This document shows, in pieces, positions 14,213-27,380 of a stretch of DNA of 64,000 nucleotides. Numbering within the stretch: the first letter of the stretch is position 1; every line of letters begins with the position of its first letter. The stretch comes from the human T2T-CHM13v2.0 reference genome, Homo sapiens: the NCBI RefSeq assembly GCF_009914755.1, contig NC_060929.1; one strand, written 5' to 3'. Made by a program: the position numbers and the translations under genes. The notes under the pieces were generated by a model. It was not told where the DNA came from and did no database searches. It saw only the letters and a list, made by a program, of their open reading frames with translations.

Positions 14213-16300
14213 TTTGTTGTTTCAGTACAGAGTGGACACAGTAGTAAACTAATGGTTATGACCTTTCAACAATCTCGAAGAATCACCAATTGTAGATTGT
14301 CAACTGCAGTATTTCAGGGAAGAAATATGGACTTAGTCTTACTGAGGGGTTTCAGAAGATCAGATGGCTCTATTACTCAGGCATATTATTTAGTAGTATA
14401 AGGTAGATGGTCTCTGAAAAAAGAGGATTAATGAGGACTGGAGGGGATTGGGAGGATTAGAAAGATTGGTAGAATCCAGAGTGACAGAGGAAAGAAATAA
14501 TATTGTTAGAAATATAATGATACAGAGTTGAAAATAGGAAAACAAAAGAATACCTACAAATTTCAAAGGATAAGACTAACTTATGGCAACATGACAGGAT
14601 ATAAAGACAAACAGGGATGAAAATGAGTTATGAGGCAAAAATAAAGACAAGAACGCATCAGATTGACATATTGTTTTGTAGAGATTTTAATGATCTAATA
14701 TTAAGTAAGGATTAAGTAGAGTAGTATGGGTTAAATAACACTTGATTTTTAAAAAGCTGAATAAAATTAATGTTTGCATGTTTAAATATATATGTTTTTC
14801 AGGTTTATGGAAAAAGGTGTAAGTGGATAAACAAAGTATTAATTTGTGGATATATAGTTTGTAGATATTTCAACTCAGTGGGATTGAAGAAAGGGAAACA
14901 AAGTATAATTTGACTTGTTACAATAAACACCTGTCACTTAAGAAATTAAAGGAACAAAAAAATAATTCAGGAAAGTAAACATGTAAGAGAAAAATAAAAT
15001 GGCACTTCCTTGTGTGTCAGAAATGAACACATTATTGGGAGTTGGTTCTGCTTCTGAGTACCCAGCCAGGGTCTTTGGAAGCAGATCAGATGCTGATGTA
15101 ATCTCGGCAAACTGGTGCTTTCACAGGCTTTGCAGTTAGCTGAAGTTATTCCCCAAAGCTTTGGCTCATTTGCACGTTTTTTATTACCTAGAATTCAATT
15201 ATTTGAATGAGGCACTCTGATAAAGAATACAGAAACTCAGATGGACAATTTGTGCCAGTATTTCCAACATCACCAATAAGCCAGATTAAAGAAGACTGGC
15301 ATATGTCACTCCATTTGCATACTCCATCATGTCTAGGATTGTTTCACGTGCAGGCAGGCAAATCATACAACTGCTTTTAGAATCCTATGCTAAAGAGGGC
15401 TTTTATAACCAGGTATAAGCAAACAATATCCATGAGACATTTTAAAGAAAGAAATAAAATTGATATTAGCCAAATTTAATTAATTTGCCTTAATCCATTC
15501 TTTTATTTTTTTATACCCTTGAAATTTGTTTGACATTTTTCTATGAACATTTTCATAGGTGTTATGATTTAAACATGAGATAAGGCCATTCAAACTGGAA
15601 GGATAAATTTTTCCCTATTTAGCAGTTTTAAAAAGGTTGAGCAACATTCTAGTCTCTTAGTTAAAAATTAGTTTGATCAGTAAACACACAGATTTCTATA
15701 TTCTCATTCTAAGCCAATCTTTGTTAATTATATGAGGTTACATTTTTTAATTGAGCTATAGAATATTCTACTATGATTGAATTCACTTTTTTTAATGACA
15801 TTGTGCAAAAGTTGAGTAACTATTTCCTGCGCTACAAAAGTAAAAAGCAGAGAGGGTAATATGTTTCCTTTGCAAATATTCCATATTTTACTTTGTTTAT
15901 TGTTTGCGTGGATGAATAATTTACCTAAGACTGTACAAAATAATTCAATACTATTTTAATCATGTTTGGACACAGGAACTGGAAGTTCAATAAACTCACA
16001 TAAACAGTAATAATATATAATTACTAGAGATAAGAACGTATTCATTAGGGAGGATAAATTATTTTCTTTCATTAGGAGTAACATTTACCTTCTTTTTGAG
16101 GCAACTAGCATCCTTCAGGAAACTAACCTTTGGGTTTCATATGACTTTTTCATCAATTTAATTTTGAGCAATATAACAATTCCAGACTGATAGTATAATT
16201 ATTACAGATTAAATAACATTCTATATGTTTCTCCTTGGAAAATTCACATGATGTGCTGTTTATATATATGCAGGAACTTCAGAAACTCAATATGCTAGTT

Positions 16301-16792
16301 TTATTAGTTTCCCATTGCCAGAAAGCACCACAAATTTAGTGCTTTAAAAAAACACTAAGTTATTATCTTGCAGCTCTGTTGGTAAGAAGTCTGACATAAG
16401 TCTCAACTGAGCTAAAATCAAAGTGTTAGCATGGCTGTATTCCGTTCTAGAGGTACTAGGGGAGAATCCATTTCCTTTGTCTTTTCCAGTTTCTGGATGC
16501 TGACCAAAGCACTTGGCCCTCTTCCTTCATACTCCAAAACCAGCAAAATCAGATTGAGTCCTTCTCACATGATCACTGTGTCCTCCTCTCTTCCTCCCTC
16601 TTTCACTTTTAAAGAGCCTTGGGATTACATTGGACCCACCAAGTTTATCCAGGATCATTTCCCTACTTTAGGCTCTCTAATAGACAACCTTAATTCCATC
16701 TGCAACCATAACCCTCCACTGCCATGTAATATAATCACAAGTTACAGCGATTAGTATGTGAACATCTTGGGGACCATTATGCTGCCTACTAT
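16301..16792 (-). mobile_element. MLT1 (MLT1D-like) MaLR LTR
   Basis: ATTAGTTTCCCATTGC..CACCACAAATTTAGTG, GCTAAAATCAAAGTGTTAGCA, GGGGAGAATCCATTTCC, GATTACATTGGACCCACC, GGACCATTATGCTGCCTACTA. Confidence 0.82.
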
Positions 16793-17029
16793 GCTAGCAT
16801 TCAAGGTAGTCACACGCAGCACTTATACATTAATATGTTTGAAGTATTGTTGTAACTTCACTCATAGAGTGAGTTTCAGAAGCTACTTCACTTAGTTTAT
16901 CTTAGAATATAAATATTCTGAGTGAAGCTTGGTTGATAAAGAACTAGCTAATCAAGCTGATTATAGTCTCTTAAGTTTAATAAACAGTGTGATTATAAAG
17001 TCATAAGGTGATTGTTGGTGGGGATGGAG

Positions 17030-17034
<5 letters not shown>

Positions 17035-17060
<26 letters not shown>
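17035..17060. repeat. (TG)n microsatellite
   Basis: Read directly. Confidence 0.93.
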
Positions 17061-17625
17061 TGAAGCAGAGTGTGTCTTGGGATAGTTGTATGAAGGAATA
17101 CTTTAATTCGTATGAACAATGCTGAAATAATCTTGCAATATAGTAATCTTGTATATTTGCTAAAATATCAGTTTCACAACTTAATCACCTCAGACCTTCT
17201 GCTGAAACTGTAGATTTATATCTCGGTTCCTAATGATTTACCTTGCACTTAAAAGTCTGGGCATAAATCACTAGGAAATGGCAAGGTAAAAACATATGGT
17301 CTTTTAATTGATATATTGGCTGGGGAAACTTCATATTTTGTCTACTCTTCTTTTACTATAATCATTTGTAGCATAAATTGAGGTTAACAGGAAACAACAT
17401 TTTAAAAGAATTAGTACTAAATGAGAGTTTATGCTGCTACCTAGTCAGGTCTGAAAAAGCAATAATTATAGCATCCAATTTAGGTAAACCTAATAAATGT
17501 AATAGAAGATAAAAATACGTTGACTAATAAAATACATAGATGATTAAATGAGTACTTTGTGGCAATAGCTGTTTTTATGGCATCAAGAATGTTCCATTTG
17601 TTTCTAATAGCAGATTCACATTGAT

Positions 17626-18139
17626 GTAATAAAAGCCATCTATGACAAACCCACAGCTAACATAATACTGAATGGGGAAAAGTTGAAAGCATTCCCTCTG
17701 AGAACTGCAACAAGACAAGGATGCCCACTCTCACCACTCCACTTCAACATAGTACTGGAAGTCCTAGCTAGAGCAATCAGACAAGAGAAAGAAATAAAGC
17801 ATCGAAATTGGTAAAGAAGAAGTCAAACTGTCACTGTTTGCTGATGATATGATTGTTTACCTAGAAAACCTTAAAGACTACTCCAGAAAGCTCCTAGAAC
17901 TGATAATATAATTCAGAAAAGTTCCAGATACAAAATTAATGTACACAAATCAGTAGTTCTTCTATACACCAACAGCGACCAAGCAGAGAATCAAATCAAG
18001 AACTCAACCCCTTTTACAACAGCAAAAAACAAAACAAAACAAAACTTAGGAATATACTTAACCAAGGAGGTGAAAGACCTCTACAAGGAGAACTATAAAA
18101 CACTGCTGAGAGAAATCATAGATGACACAAACAAATGGA
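17626..18139 (+). mobile_element. Internal L1 ORF2 fragment (L1PB-like) with no 3'UTR or poly-A
   Basis: AAAAGCCATCTATGACAAACCCACAGC...CAAGGATGCCCACTCTCACCACT...GCTGATGATATGATTG...GATGACACAAACAAATGGA. Confidence 0.9.
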
Positions 18140-18344
18140 CTCACCTTGAATATAGAATGATTTACATAAATACATACATCAGAAAAAGTAAGCAACCATA
18201 AAAATTTTTAAGATGTTTTTTTAATTAAGGAAATACACTCTTTATACCTAAAATAAAAATTCCACTAAATATATATTGAATATGTGTTCATATGTATTTG
18301 TGAGTTTCCATTTCCATAATTTAAATGTATTTCAAGACAGTGTC

Positions 18345-19838
18345 TTCCTTGAAGTCCATCTTCCCAGGCTTCAAGACAGTCACTCACCGGAGCTTCCTCC
18401 TCTCACTACAGCTACTCCTTAGTTGCCAGTTTCTCCCCATCTTTTGAACCCACAGGTGTTTGCTGCTCCAATTCCAGGCCGTTATGTTTTTAACATTTTC
18501 TCTCATATTCAGTCTCTTCACTTTAAGTGCAATCTAATATTGCATACAAATTTGTATTTTATACCCGCACCACAAAGCTCTCCCTGCAACTCTACAGTTG
18601 CGTATTCCATTGACTGCATTTTATCCCCACTTGGACATCTCAATCAATATATGTGCAAAACTCAGGTCTTTACTTCTACTGCCTCTCTCCTTCTCCTGCC
18701 CAACTTGATTCTCCTCAATTATTTCGCTTCTTAGGGAATATCAGTTGCAGCCCTCTTATTGTTTAGGATACAAATATCACAATTTATCCTTTCACATCAC
18801 TTTCCCCCATCAGACTTATATCTTAAGCAGTATCACATCCTGCCAACTTTATTTTCATGATAAATACAGAATCAAACCTTTTCTCTCAATCTCCACTGCT
18901 GTCACTCTGCTGCAGACACCATCATCTCTCCCCAGAATTCTTGGGATAGATCTGTAACTGGCTCCCTGTTTCTGTTCTTGCTCCTCTTCAGTCTATCTGC
19001 AACAGAGTGACAAGAGTTTCTTGTTGAAATATAGATCAGATAATGTCACCTCTCTGCTCAGAATGATCAAATACCATCCATATTCTTGTAGGAAAAATCC
19101 AAAGTTCTTAAACAGATCTACAGGATCTACACATGATCGGGTTTCTATTATTTCTTAACATTATCACCTCCTGTATGCTATTTGTTAGTCCATTTTCTGC
19201 TGCTATAACAAAACACCACAGAAAGAATAATTTATAAGAGCAGGCATTTATTTCCTCACAGTTCAGTTATGAAGGCTAAGAAGTCCAGGATTGAGGCACT
19301 GGCATCTGGTGAGGGCTTTCTTGCTGGGTCTTCATGTTGTGGCAAGAGGAAGTGAACCCACTCCCAAAAGCTCTCTTAATAAGGGCTGTAATTCACATCC
19401 TTATGACCTAAGCATTTTTCAAAAGATGCCACTTCTCAAAATTGTTGCATTGGAGGTAAAGTTTCCAAGACATGAATTTTGAGGGACACATTCAGATCAT
19501 AACACTCCATTTCAATTATTTCACTCAGCTCTGCTGTTCTTGTTATGTGTCAGATAGCCAGGGGTGCTCCTTCCCTAGGGCTTTTGCACTTGCTTTTCAC
19601 TCTCCCTGGAATATGGTTCCTGAGACAGCAACATGGTTCATATCCACACTTCCTCCCAGGCTTCCTAGCCAAATAGATAAAATATCAAACCACCATCTAT
19701 CTCTTGACAATTTTTTTCTGCATCCCTTTTTCATTTTTTCTCTTTAACAATTTTCTACAAATACTACAAAATATTAATTATGCCCTTGTTTACCAGCTTT
19801 CTTCCCAAACAGATGGCAACCTCCATGAATGAATGAAT
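18345..19838 (+). mobile_element. L2 (L2a-like) 3' region interrupted by an MST/MLT1A LTR
   Basis: CCACTTGGACATCTC, CTCCACTGCTGTCACTCT, CAGATAATGTCACCTCTCTGCTCA, GGGCTTTTGCACTTGCT, and a (GAAT)n tail at about 19826-19838. Confidence 0.75.
19181..19504 (-). mobile_element. MST/MLT1A-type MaLR LTR
   Basis: GTTAGTCCATTTTCTGCTGCTATAACAAAACACCACAG...CATGAATTTTGAGGGACACATTCAGATCATAACA. Confidence 0.8.
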
Positions 19839-20579
19839 ACAAAATTTTAATTTACTATGTAACAGGAAAAATATAATTTAATATGCAATTGGATTTTATT
19901 TTTGCTTTACAAAATTTCTACAGGTAGAATTTTAGTTATCAAAATAGGAACTTTACTGATTGGTCTTTGGGAACTGGTTTATTTTATAATCTTAATCATA
20001 CAACGCTTTCCCATCTATTGCTAAGCTAAATAGAACAAATGACTCAAAAAGTGGGTTCTCCATAACAAGAAAAATTCACTACAACCAAAATAGATTTTCA
20101 TGGACACTATCATGGCTCATTCAAATTATATCACATTAGTAAAAACTACTAATGAGACATTAAAAAATAAATACAATATAAACAACACAGAAAAATCTAG
20201 AAAACTCACATTTTTCTCTCAAAATTTTTCTGAAAATTTTTTAAAAATTATAGCATACATAAAATTTAGTATCAAGCTTAGTAAATTATATTTAATTGCC
20301 ATACATTTATCATTCTTTGATTCAAATTATTAAATTAATTTTAACTTATTAAAGAGTTTCTTCATTTTTGTGATATTTTTAATTATTTCCTAATTTATTC
20401 CCACAAGTTGTGTATAAGGGAAACTACACTTTCCTATCTCTCACAATGGGTTGCAAATTGCTTTTTAAAATCGATATATTGATTTTCACTTCCACCAGGC
20501 AGGAGTAAATACAAGTAAAAGTTTTATCATAACTGTGTCAACATTGGTTTCAGAAATTCTTTTAAATATTATAATTCGA

Positions 20580-20919
<340 letters not shown>

Positions 20920-23254
20920 TCAAAAATATATATATGTATAATTTGATGGATTGAAATGGCACCCTATCTCATTTATATCACACTGGTAACTGTGGATCTA
21001 ACCTAGATATTTTTATTTAAAATACTTTTAATATCAGGTAGACTGAAAATAATTGGATCAAATGAAATTATCAGTAATATCTAATTGTGCATAGTTACAT
21101 ATAAGTCATATGTAAGTCATCTGTATTAATCCTAAAGGCCTCAAAATAATGGCAATAAATACCTATTTGAGAATCCTTATGATCATCTAAACATAAAATG
21201 AAACAGAAATGATAGTTGAATTCCCTTTCAGTGGAGGCGTCTGCACATCTTCAATTTATTTTACCAACAATTCATCTATCATATTCCATGTGCTTTGAGT
21301 AAAATCTTGAATAAGACATAGTCCTGGCATTGAAGGACGTTGATTAAAGCAAATATTTCACTCAATATTTTTAGGGATCAAACTTTGTTCATTTTGTTCT
21401 CAGACCTACCAAGAAATTTCTAAATTTATGTGGCTCAACAATGTAGAAATTTATATATCAGAACTTTCTAGTATCCACAAAAGCAACATCTGAGCATGTC
21501 AGGGTGCACTAGGGCAAATGCTCCTCTTACACCTGCTCCTACATTTCCTCTCTACCTGCTAATTTTCCCAGAAATAGTTTCCTGGAACGTGTACCACACT
21601 TAGAAGTCAAAACACTACCAGCAGTGATAGAGGTTCTTAATTGTTTAACTTGTGTTGGCCTTCTCTTTGTCATTTAAAAAGATTGTAATAAGGGATTATT
21701 TAAATAAATAGTATATCTATGCAACCATATGCAATAATCAAAATGCATAATACTAAATATGGTAGGGACACCCACCAATTCAAAGTTCCTTGACTTAATG
21801 AGTGACCTGTAAACAAATGGATGTCTTCAACATTGAACTAAGCATCAGACCTATGCCTAATGGCACACTGGACTCATAAAAAAATCATGTATCCTCTCTA
21901 CTATTCACATGGAAGACAAACATCCTACAAAATTAGTTACATATAATATTATGAAATTGTATTTATTTTATTTAAATATATATTTGTGCACATGGGTTTA
22001 TGTGACTGTATGCCTCTCTATGTATATCACTATATCTTTCTAAAAATATATAATTTTAGTTGTATATATCCATGTTAATCTATTCATTGAAAAATTATTT
22101 TTAAAATATACATCAAGCATTAATAATGGTTACTGTTTAAGAGTAAATCTCAAGTCACATTCTATGTTTTATATGTCTACATTTTTATAATAAATTTTAA
22201 ATGTGGATAATATGAGGAAGGATGGAAATAAGAAAAAAATTGAGGTGTATTCATAATCTTAAATTACATATTTCAAATTTTAGATTTGAAAATATTAGAA
22301 ATTTAGATGTTCACTTTCATCCATGAAAATAATATAGCAGAGAATATTAACCTTTCTTGTAGATGATTTTTAACCACGCTAGAATAACTGAAAGACTCAG
22401 CATGCTTAATCCATTTTAATCAGACAAATCATCAAAGACACTGAATCTATGATAATTTACCAACATTAGTGTAGACCTTTACAAATTGTAAGCCAGTATA
22501 AAACCTTGTATATTGGGTTTTTACACCTATTATCATCACCTTTTATGGATAAAGAAAATGGCCTACAGATCAGACACGCATGATGCGTTAATCCATGTCA
22601 GTATGCACCCTCTGCCATGTCTTCAAATCATTAAGCTCAGTTCTTTTCCATTGTGCTACACATCAGCACTTGTCTAAAACTGTACCTTTTAAATCAAACT
22701 GTTCTCATTTTACTTCTGGAGGCTTTAAACACTAGAAACTACTCCAAGCATATAGAATAACCAGAGTGAATGCTCCCTCCCTACAACCCACACATATACA
22801 AACTCCCAAAATATAATAGTAGAAGCAATTATAGAGAAGAACCAGTATCTTTATTTATTTATTATTTATATTAAAGGATCATCTGAAGAAAATTAAAGTG
22901 AAATTTGTCTTCAACCTCAACATTTATACTATCTCTCAGTTTTCATTTCCTCTTGTCCCAAAAATGTTAGCATATGATAATATAGCCCTCGTCTCTCAGT
23001 TTACTGGCAAGATCTTCCACAGTACTGTGTTAGGGATCTAGTAAAACACCTACCAATTGAAAACCATTCATTCTCAAAGCAAAAGGAGGGGATTTATCTG
23101 TAGAGCATCCAAACTGGACTGGGCAGTTGCCTACTCAAACAGCATATGCATGAACTTTTTTCTATATACATCCTTTGGTTTGGCTTAGAGCAGTGGTTCC
23201 CACTGAGTGGTTCTCAAAATTGCATTGAGAACCACTGCTCAAAATTGCTCTAAG

Positions 23255-23476
23255 CAGTGGTTCTCAATGTAATTTTGCATCCTCCCCAGGGGATAGTTAA
23301 CAATGTCTAACAATGTATAGAGAGATTTTTTTATTGACACAAGTTGGAGGTGCTACTACTGGGATCTAGTGGGTAGAGAATAGGTATGCTACTAAGGAGC
23401 CTACAATACACAGAAAAGTCCCCCAGGAGAATGATAGAGCTCACAATACCAACAGCACCAAGGTTAAGAAGGCCTA
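23255..23476 (+). mobile_element. MER20 hAT-Charlie DNA transposon
   Basis: CAGTGGTTCTCAA terminus, CCCCAGGGGA, GCTACT..ATCTAGTGGGTAGAG, CCTACAATACACAG, CCAAGGTTAAGAA end. Confidence 0.8.
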
Positions 23477-25079
23477 ATCTAAAATGCAGTATTATAGATA
23501 TGTATAATGCAAGTATAATGAAGTCATACAATTAAGCACATGAGGGCCTAAAGTTCTGTACTTAATTAAAAAAAAAAGAAAGACAAAGAACACCATATAC
23601 ATGCTTTGTCTTTAATGTCTCAATCTCTCTCATTCTTCACTAGACTTCACTGTGTCAGATATATGGATTCAAAAGAAGTAAGTTTTTCCTGGTCAATAAG
23701 TTCAATATGTTTTATCCTAGCTTGGTTGAAGTGTTACATGCATGTTTAGAGTCTGAAAGACAGTTAAGTCAGGTTGCAGATACTTAAGGTATACTTCTGT
23801 GCAATAAGTTAAATACAGAGCTGTTGGGACCCAAAAACTTGCAAACATGTGGTTTGTATTCATCAGACTGCAAAAATCAATGCAAAGCATAATAATGCTA
23901 TTTATATCAGCCAATGGGACAAAAAGTACTTTATATTTATAGCAGCTTTCATCTAAATAATTTATAAAGTTGGAATAAATGACTCATATATTCTCACAAG
24001 TCCACTATATCTATTTGAAATCAGTCATTGAGAGGAATAATAATTTCCAGATTGCACAATGTATGGACTTCATTCTAGCACCGGGTGCTATTGCTCATAC
24101 TTGTGACTGCTATAGCTAATTATAATCAGTCTGCACTGGATACAGTTACAGCTAGAGTTTCCTGCCACTCACTGTCCTTCTACTATTATATTCTCCTTTG
24201 CTATTGGGTTATCTTCAGCTGGGCATTTCTGTTGCATGTATAATAGCCAATGCTCATTTTCTACCTCCCATTGTTTTCAGAGAGGCAATCAATCTTGACC
24301 ATTGGTATCAGTTCCTTTTTGTTTGTTTGGTTGGTTTTTTAAGTTGGCTATCTCTGAGAAAAAGCATCAGAAGTATAGTTCATAAAATACTCACCAAGGT
24401 GCACTAAGTGAATGTCTTCTAGGGGAAGTGCATCAGTTGACCTATACCAGGTCAATTTATTATTAAGATATCCAGAATTAAATAAACAACAGGAGGCTTG
24501 AGGGCAACTGCAATCATAATAGGTGATAGCACCAGAGTGTTACACAATGGAACTCATTATCTACGAGTATCACATCCTATCTTCTTCCTCCCACATCCCA
24601 ACAAGGTATATGTAAGATCTAGGCTGGACCTCAAACTCCTGATTTAGAATTAAGCATTTTCTCTGGTAAGACAAATACACTAAAATAAAAAAGAACAATT
24701 ATTGCAGGAGCAAAGTCCCCTGCTTTGAAAAATCTGTGGGTGATCCCAGAGTGAAAAATAAAGGTTTGAAAACACAGTCAGAGCCTGTAGTTAGTTTTTT
24801 TGGCTGCATAACAAAATCTTCCTCTGATCTGTCTCTCGGCTCAAAGCAGTGATGCCATCACCTGAGCAAACCGAAAACCATAATACTTTTAGCTAAGATT
24901 TTTATTTTATTTTTTCTTGACTTCCAACAGGAAAAAAGCAAGGAACATTTATTCTTCACTACAACATTAAATGCAATGAGACATTGAAATAAAAATATTT
25001 TAATAGCCCTAGCTAATAAAATTCTATTTTTTCACCTGTTACATATGAGAGGTTTGCCTAGAGCCACATCTGTACAGAC

Positions 25080-25080
<1 letters not shown>

Positions 25081-25123
<43 letters not shown>
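25081..25123. repeat. Perfect (AC)21 microsatellite
   Basis: Read directly; about 0.8 kb into the inferred first intron. Confidence 0.96.
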
Positions 25124-25125
<2 letters not shown>

Positions 25126-25916
25126 AGGCATAATTTACCTTGTTTTGCAGACATAAAAATCAAGACAAAATAATAGTTACTTCCACACTAAAACAAGAAG
25201 TTAAGAAAAAGAAATGAATGAGAGTTAACAAACATAAATAAAGTGTGTTGCTGATCACAGGAGCCTACCTAATTTCTTTTCATGCATCATTTATAAGTGC
25301 CCTTTAAAAGAAGCAAAAGTTTCATCTTAAGCTTTAATAAGCATTTAAGGCAGGGATTCGTGGGAAGAAAAAAAAAAAGAATGAAAGAATATAAATGAGG
25401 CTTGTCCTGCTGCAGTTTCAGTGCTCAGAAATCACGTAATTTTAGAGGATACTGGAAAGGCAATAATTAAAAAAAGCACTATCGAAAATTCAATTTCAGT
25501 GCCCCTGTTTCTATTCTGACCATGCGTCCCCTCACTTTTACAGATAGACATAAATGACAGCTTATACTGATGCCATCATTATTGCAATGTGCCTTGCAGA
25601 GTATTCTTCCAACTTCTTCAGGGAAGACAACAGCACAGGCACAGATAAACATAAACAGACACGCAGCTGGATTCTGAGACTCGCATTCGATAGGCTCTAT
25701 GGCAGCATTCCTGCATAAGAAAATTCAAATGTATACCAGCGATAAGGCAGCCTGCATTAGCTACAACTTTCCCCTCAGCCCTCGATCCTGTGAAACCCAT
25801 CGGAGATGAAGATTTCACCCAATATTGCTTTGACTCAGAACTGGGTAAAGCAGCCCCGCTGTACACAAAAATATTCATGTCACTAGAGAGTAAAGTGTCA
25901 TTTATTGAAGCCTTAC

Positions 25917-26080
25917 CTTGGCGGACTTGCCCTAACTGGTGGAAAGGAACTTAATTTATAAGAAGCAAAGAGAGGGGACTTTCCCAGAGCTCTGGGCACA
26001 GCTGCTCGCCGTCCTCGGAAAGCCCAGACTCAGGCTCCGCGCACCTCGAGCCCTGGGCTCCGAGGCTGGGTCTCTGCAGC
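25917..26080 (-). other. Probable non-coding (5'UTR) first exon of a minus-strand gene; 5' end approximate
   Basis: Minus-strand ...GTCCGCCAAG|GTAAGG donor at 25917/25916; CpG-rich; no ATG in this interval; just downstream of a CCAAT box. From memory it resembles the upstream exon of GPM6A (not verified). Confidence 0.65.
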
Positions 26081-26700
26081 TCCCGAGCGCGCCTCTGATT
26101 GGCTGGCGGCGCCTGTCTGCCTGATGCTGCGCTCTCCCGGTCTCTCCTCCTTCCTCTTCTCCCTGGCTCTCCTCTCCGCGGCTCCTTTCCCTTCTGCCTC
26201 CTTCTCCCCCCCAACCCCCCACCGTGCATACTTTTGGGGCTGCACAAATTCCACAGCAAGCAAAACGGACACCCTTTAACCCCCTCAGCAAGGTCATGTA
26301 GAAAACAATTCAGCGCATACTACTACTCCTAAATAAAATCCCTGATCCAACGGCATCATCTTGGGTACCAGATTTCTTGAAAAATGACGGCCAGGACTCC
26401 GTGACAGTTTAGACCATCAATTCTCTGCGGGGGAGGGGAAACTGGGGAGCGAGAGGGGTTTGACTGTCAGATGGAGTGGGAGTAGCCACCGGGAGGGACC
26501 CAGGAAATAAGGCAGGGCAGGCGCTGATGTGGCAAGCTGGTAATAAATTTTCATATTCCCGTGCAAAGTCGTCACAGCCTGCTAAACATTCAACTGCTGG
26601 CTCATTCATCAGTGATCCATAGTCCAGTGGTAGCCATGAGATTTCGCTTGAGTGATGTCCTTTAACGCCTTCACCCAAAGTACTCAAGGTATGGAGGGTT
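25990..26700. promoter_or_regulatory. GC/CpG-rich promoter region, probably bidirectional
   Basis: The only non-repeat CpG cluster in the window; minus-strand CAGCCAATCAGAG NF-Y box (ATTGG at 26098-26102); pyrimidine tract 26130-26220; G-runs 26429-26458. Confidence 0.8.
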
Positions 26701-27199
26701 TATATCAGACAGAGCTTCCCCTTGGAGGTCAGCATTTATATTTGTGAAGACGAATAGAAGCTGTGATGCTTTTCCAACCCCCTTTGATTGTGCCAGGAAA
26801 CCTACACACACACAAACTTCTCACCTCTTATCACTCCAGAATAAATTAAATCGATTTGCAATGTACATAGCTTTTGATAACAGGGATTTAAGGTCTGATG
26901 GGCTGCATTCAAAATTGATCTGGACAGCTGAAATAACTTTAGTACTTTCTCCCCGCACGAAGTCACCCACACTCACCCATTGAGCACATCAAGCATCCTT
27001 ATTTAAAGTAAACAAGTGTAGGAGTTTATCTAAATTGAATGACTAGTCTAAGGGCCCCTTGGCAGATATAATAAGAATTGTACAAGACCCTCCATCATTG
27101 CAAACACTAAGAGAAAGATATTACTTTTTCTGCTTAGTTGATAAAACTACAAATGCCCAGGTTCAGAATGTTAAAGGAACAAGGACTTAAGACTAAGAG

Positions 27200-27380
27200 A
27201 GGCAGAGTGATAGGGTGTACAAGCTCTAAAGGCAAGAAGACGTGGATTCAAATCACGGCTGGGACATACCTTTACATGTGAACCTGTGTAAGCTTTTACC
27301 CTTCTCTGAGCCTCAGGAGGCCACTCTAAAACCTGGAAGGCAATCCTCACTTTAGCAGGTCTCTGTGAAGATTTAAAAAA
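27200..27380 (+). mobile_element. MIR
   Basis: GGATTCAAATCACGGCT...TGTGAACCTGTGTAAG..CTTCTCTGAGCCTCAG..TGTGAAGATTTAAA. Confidence 0.6.

Noticed and set aside
13580-15380. Unique-looking stretches (13.6-13.9 kb, 15.0-15.4 kb) as possible enhancers or exons
   Set aside because: No convincing splice-site pair or motif cluster; conservation cannot be assessed from the sequence alone
25618-26687. Cluster of 60-113 aa ORFs around the promoter
   Set aside because: Overlapping on both strands in GC-rich DNA, no recognisable domains, and 25618-25878 lies past the splice donor; expected by chance
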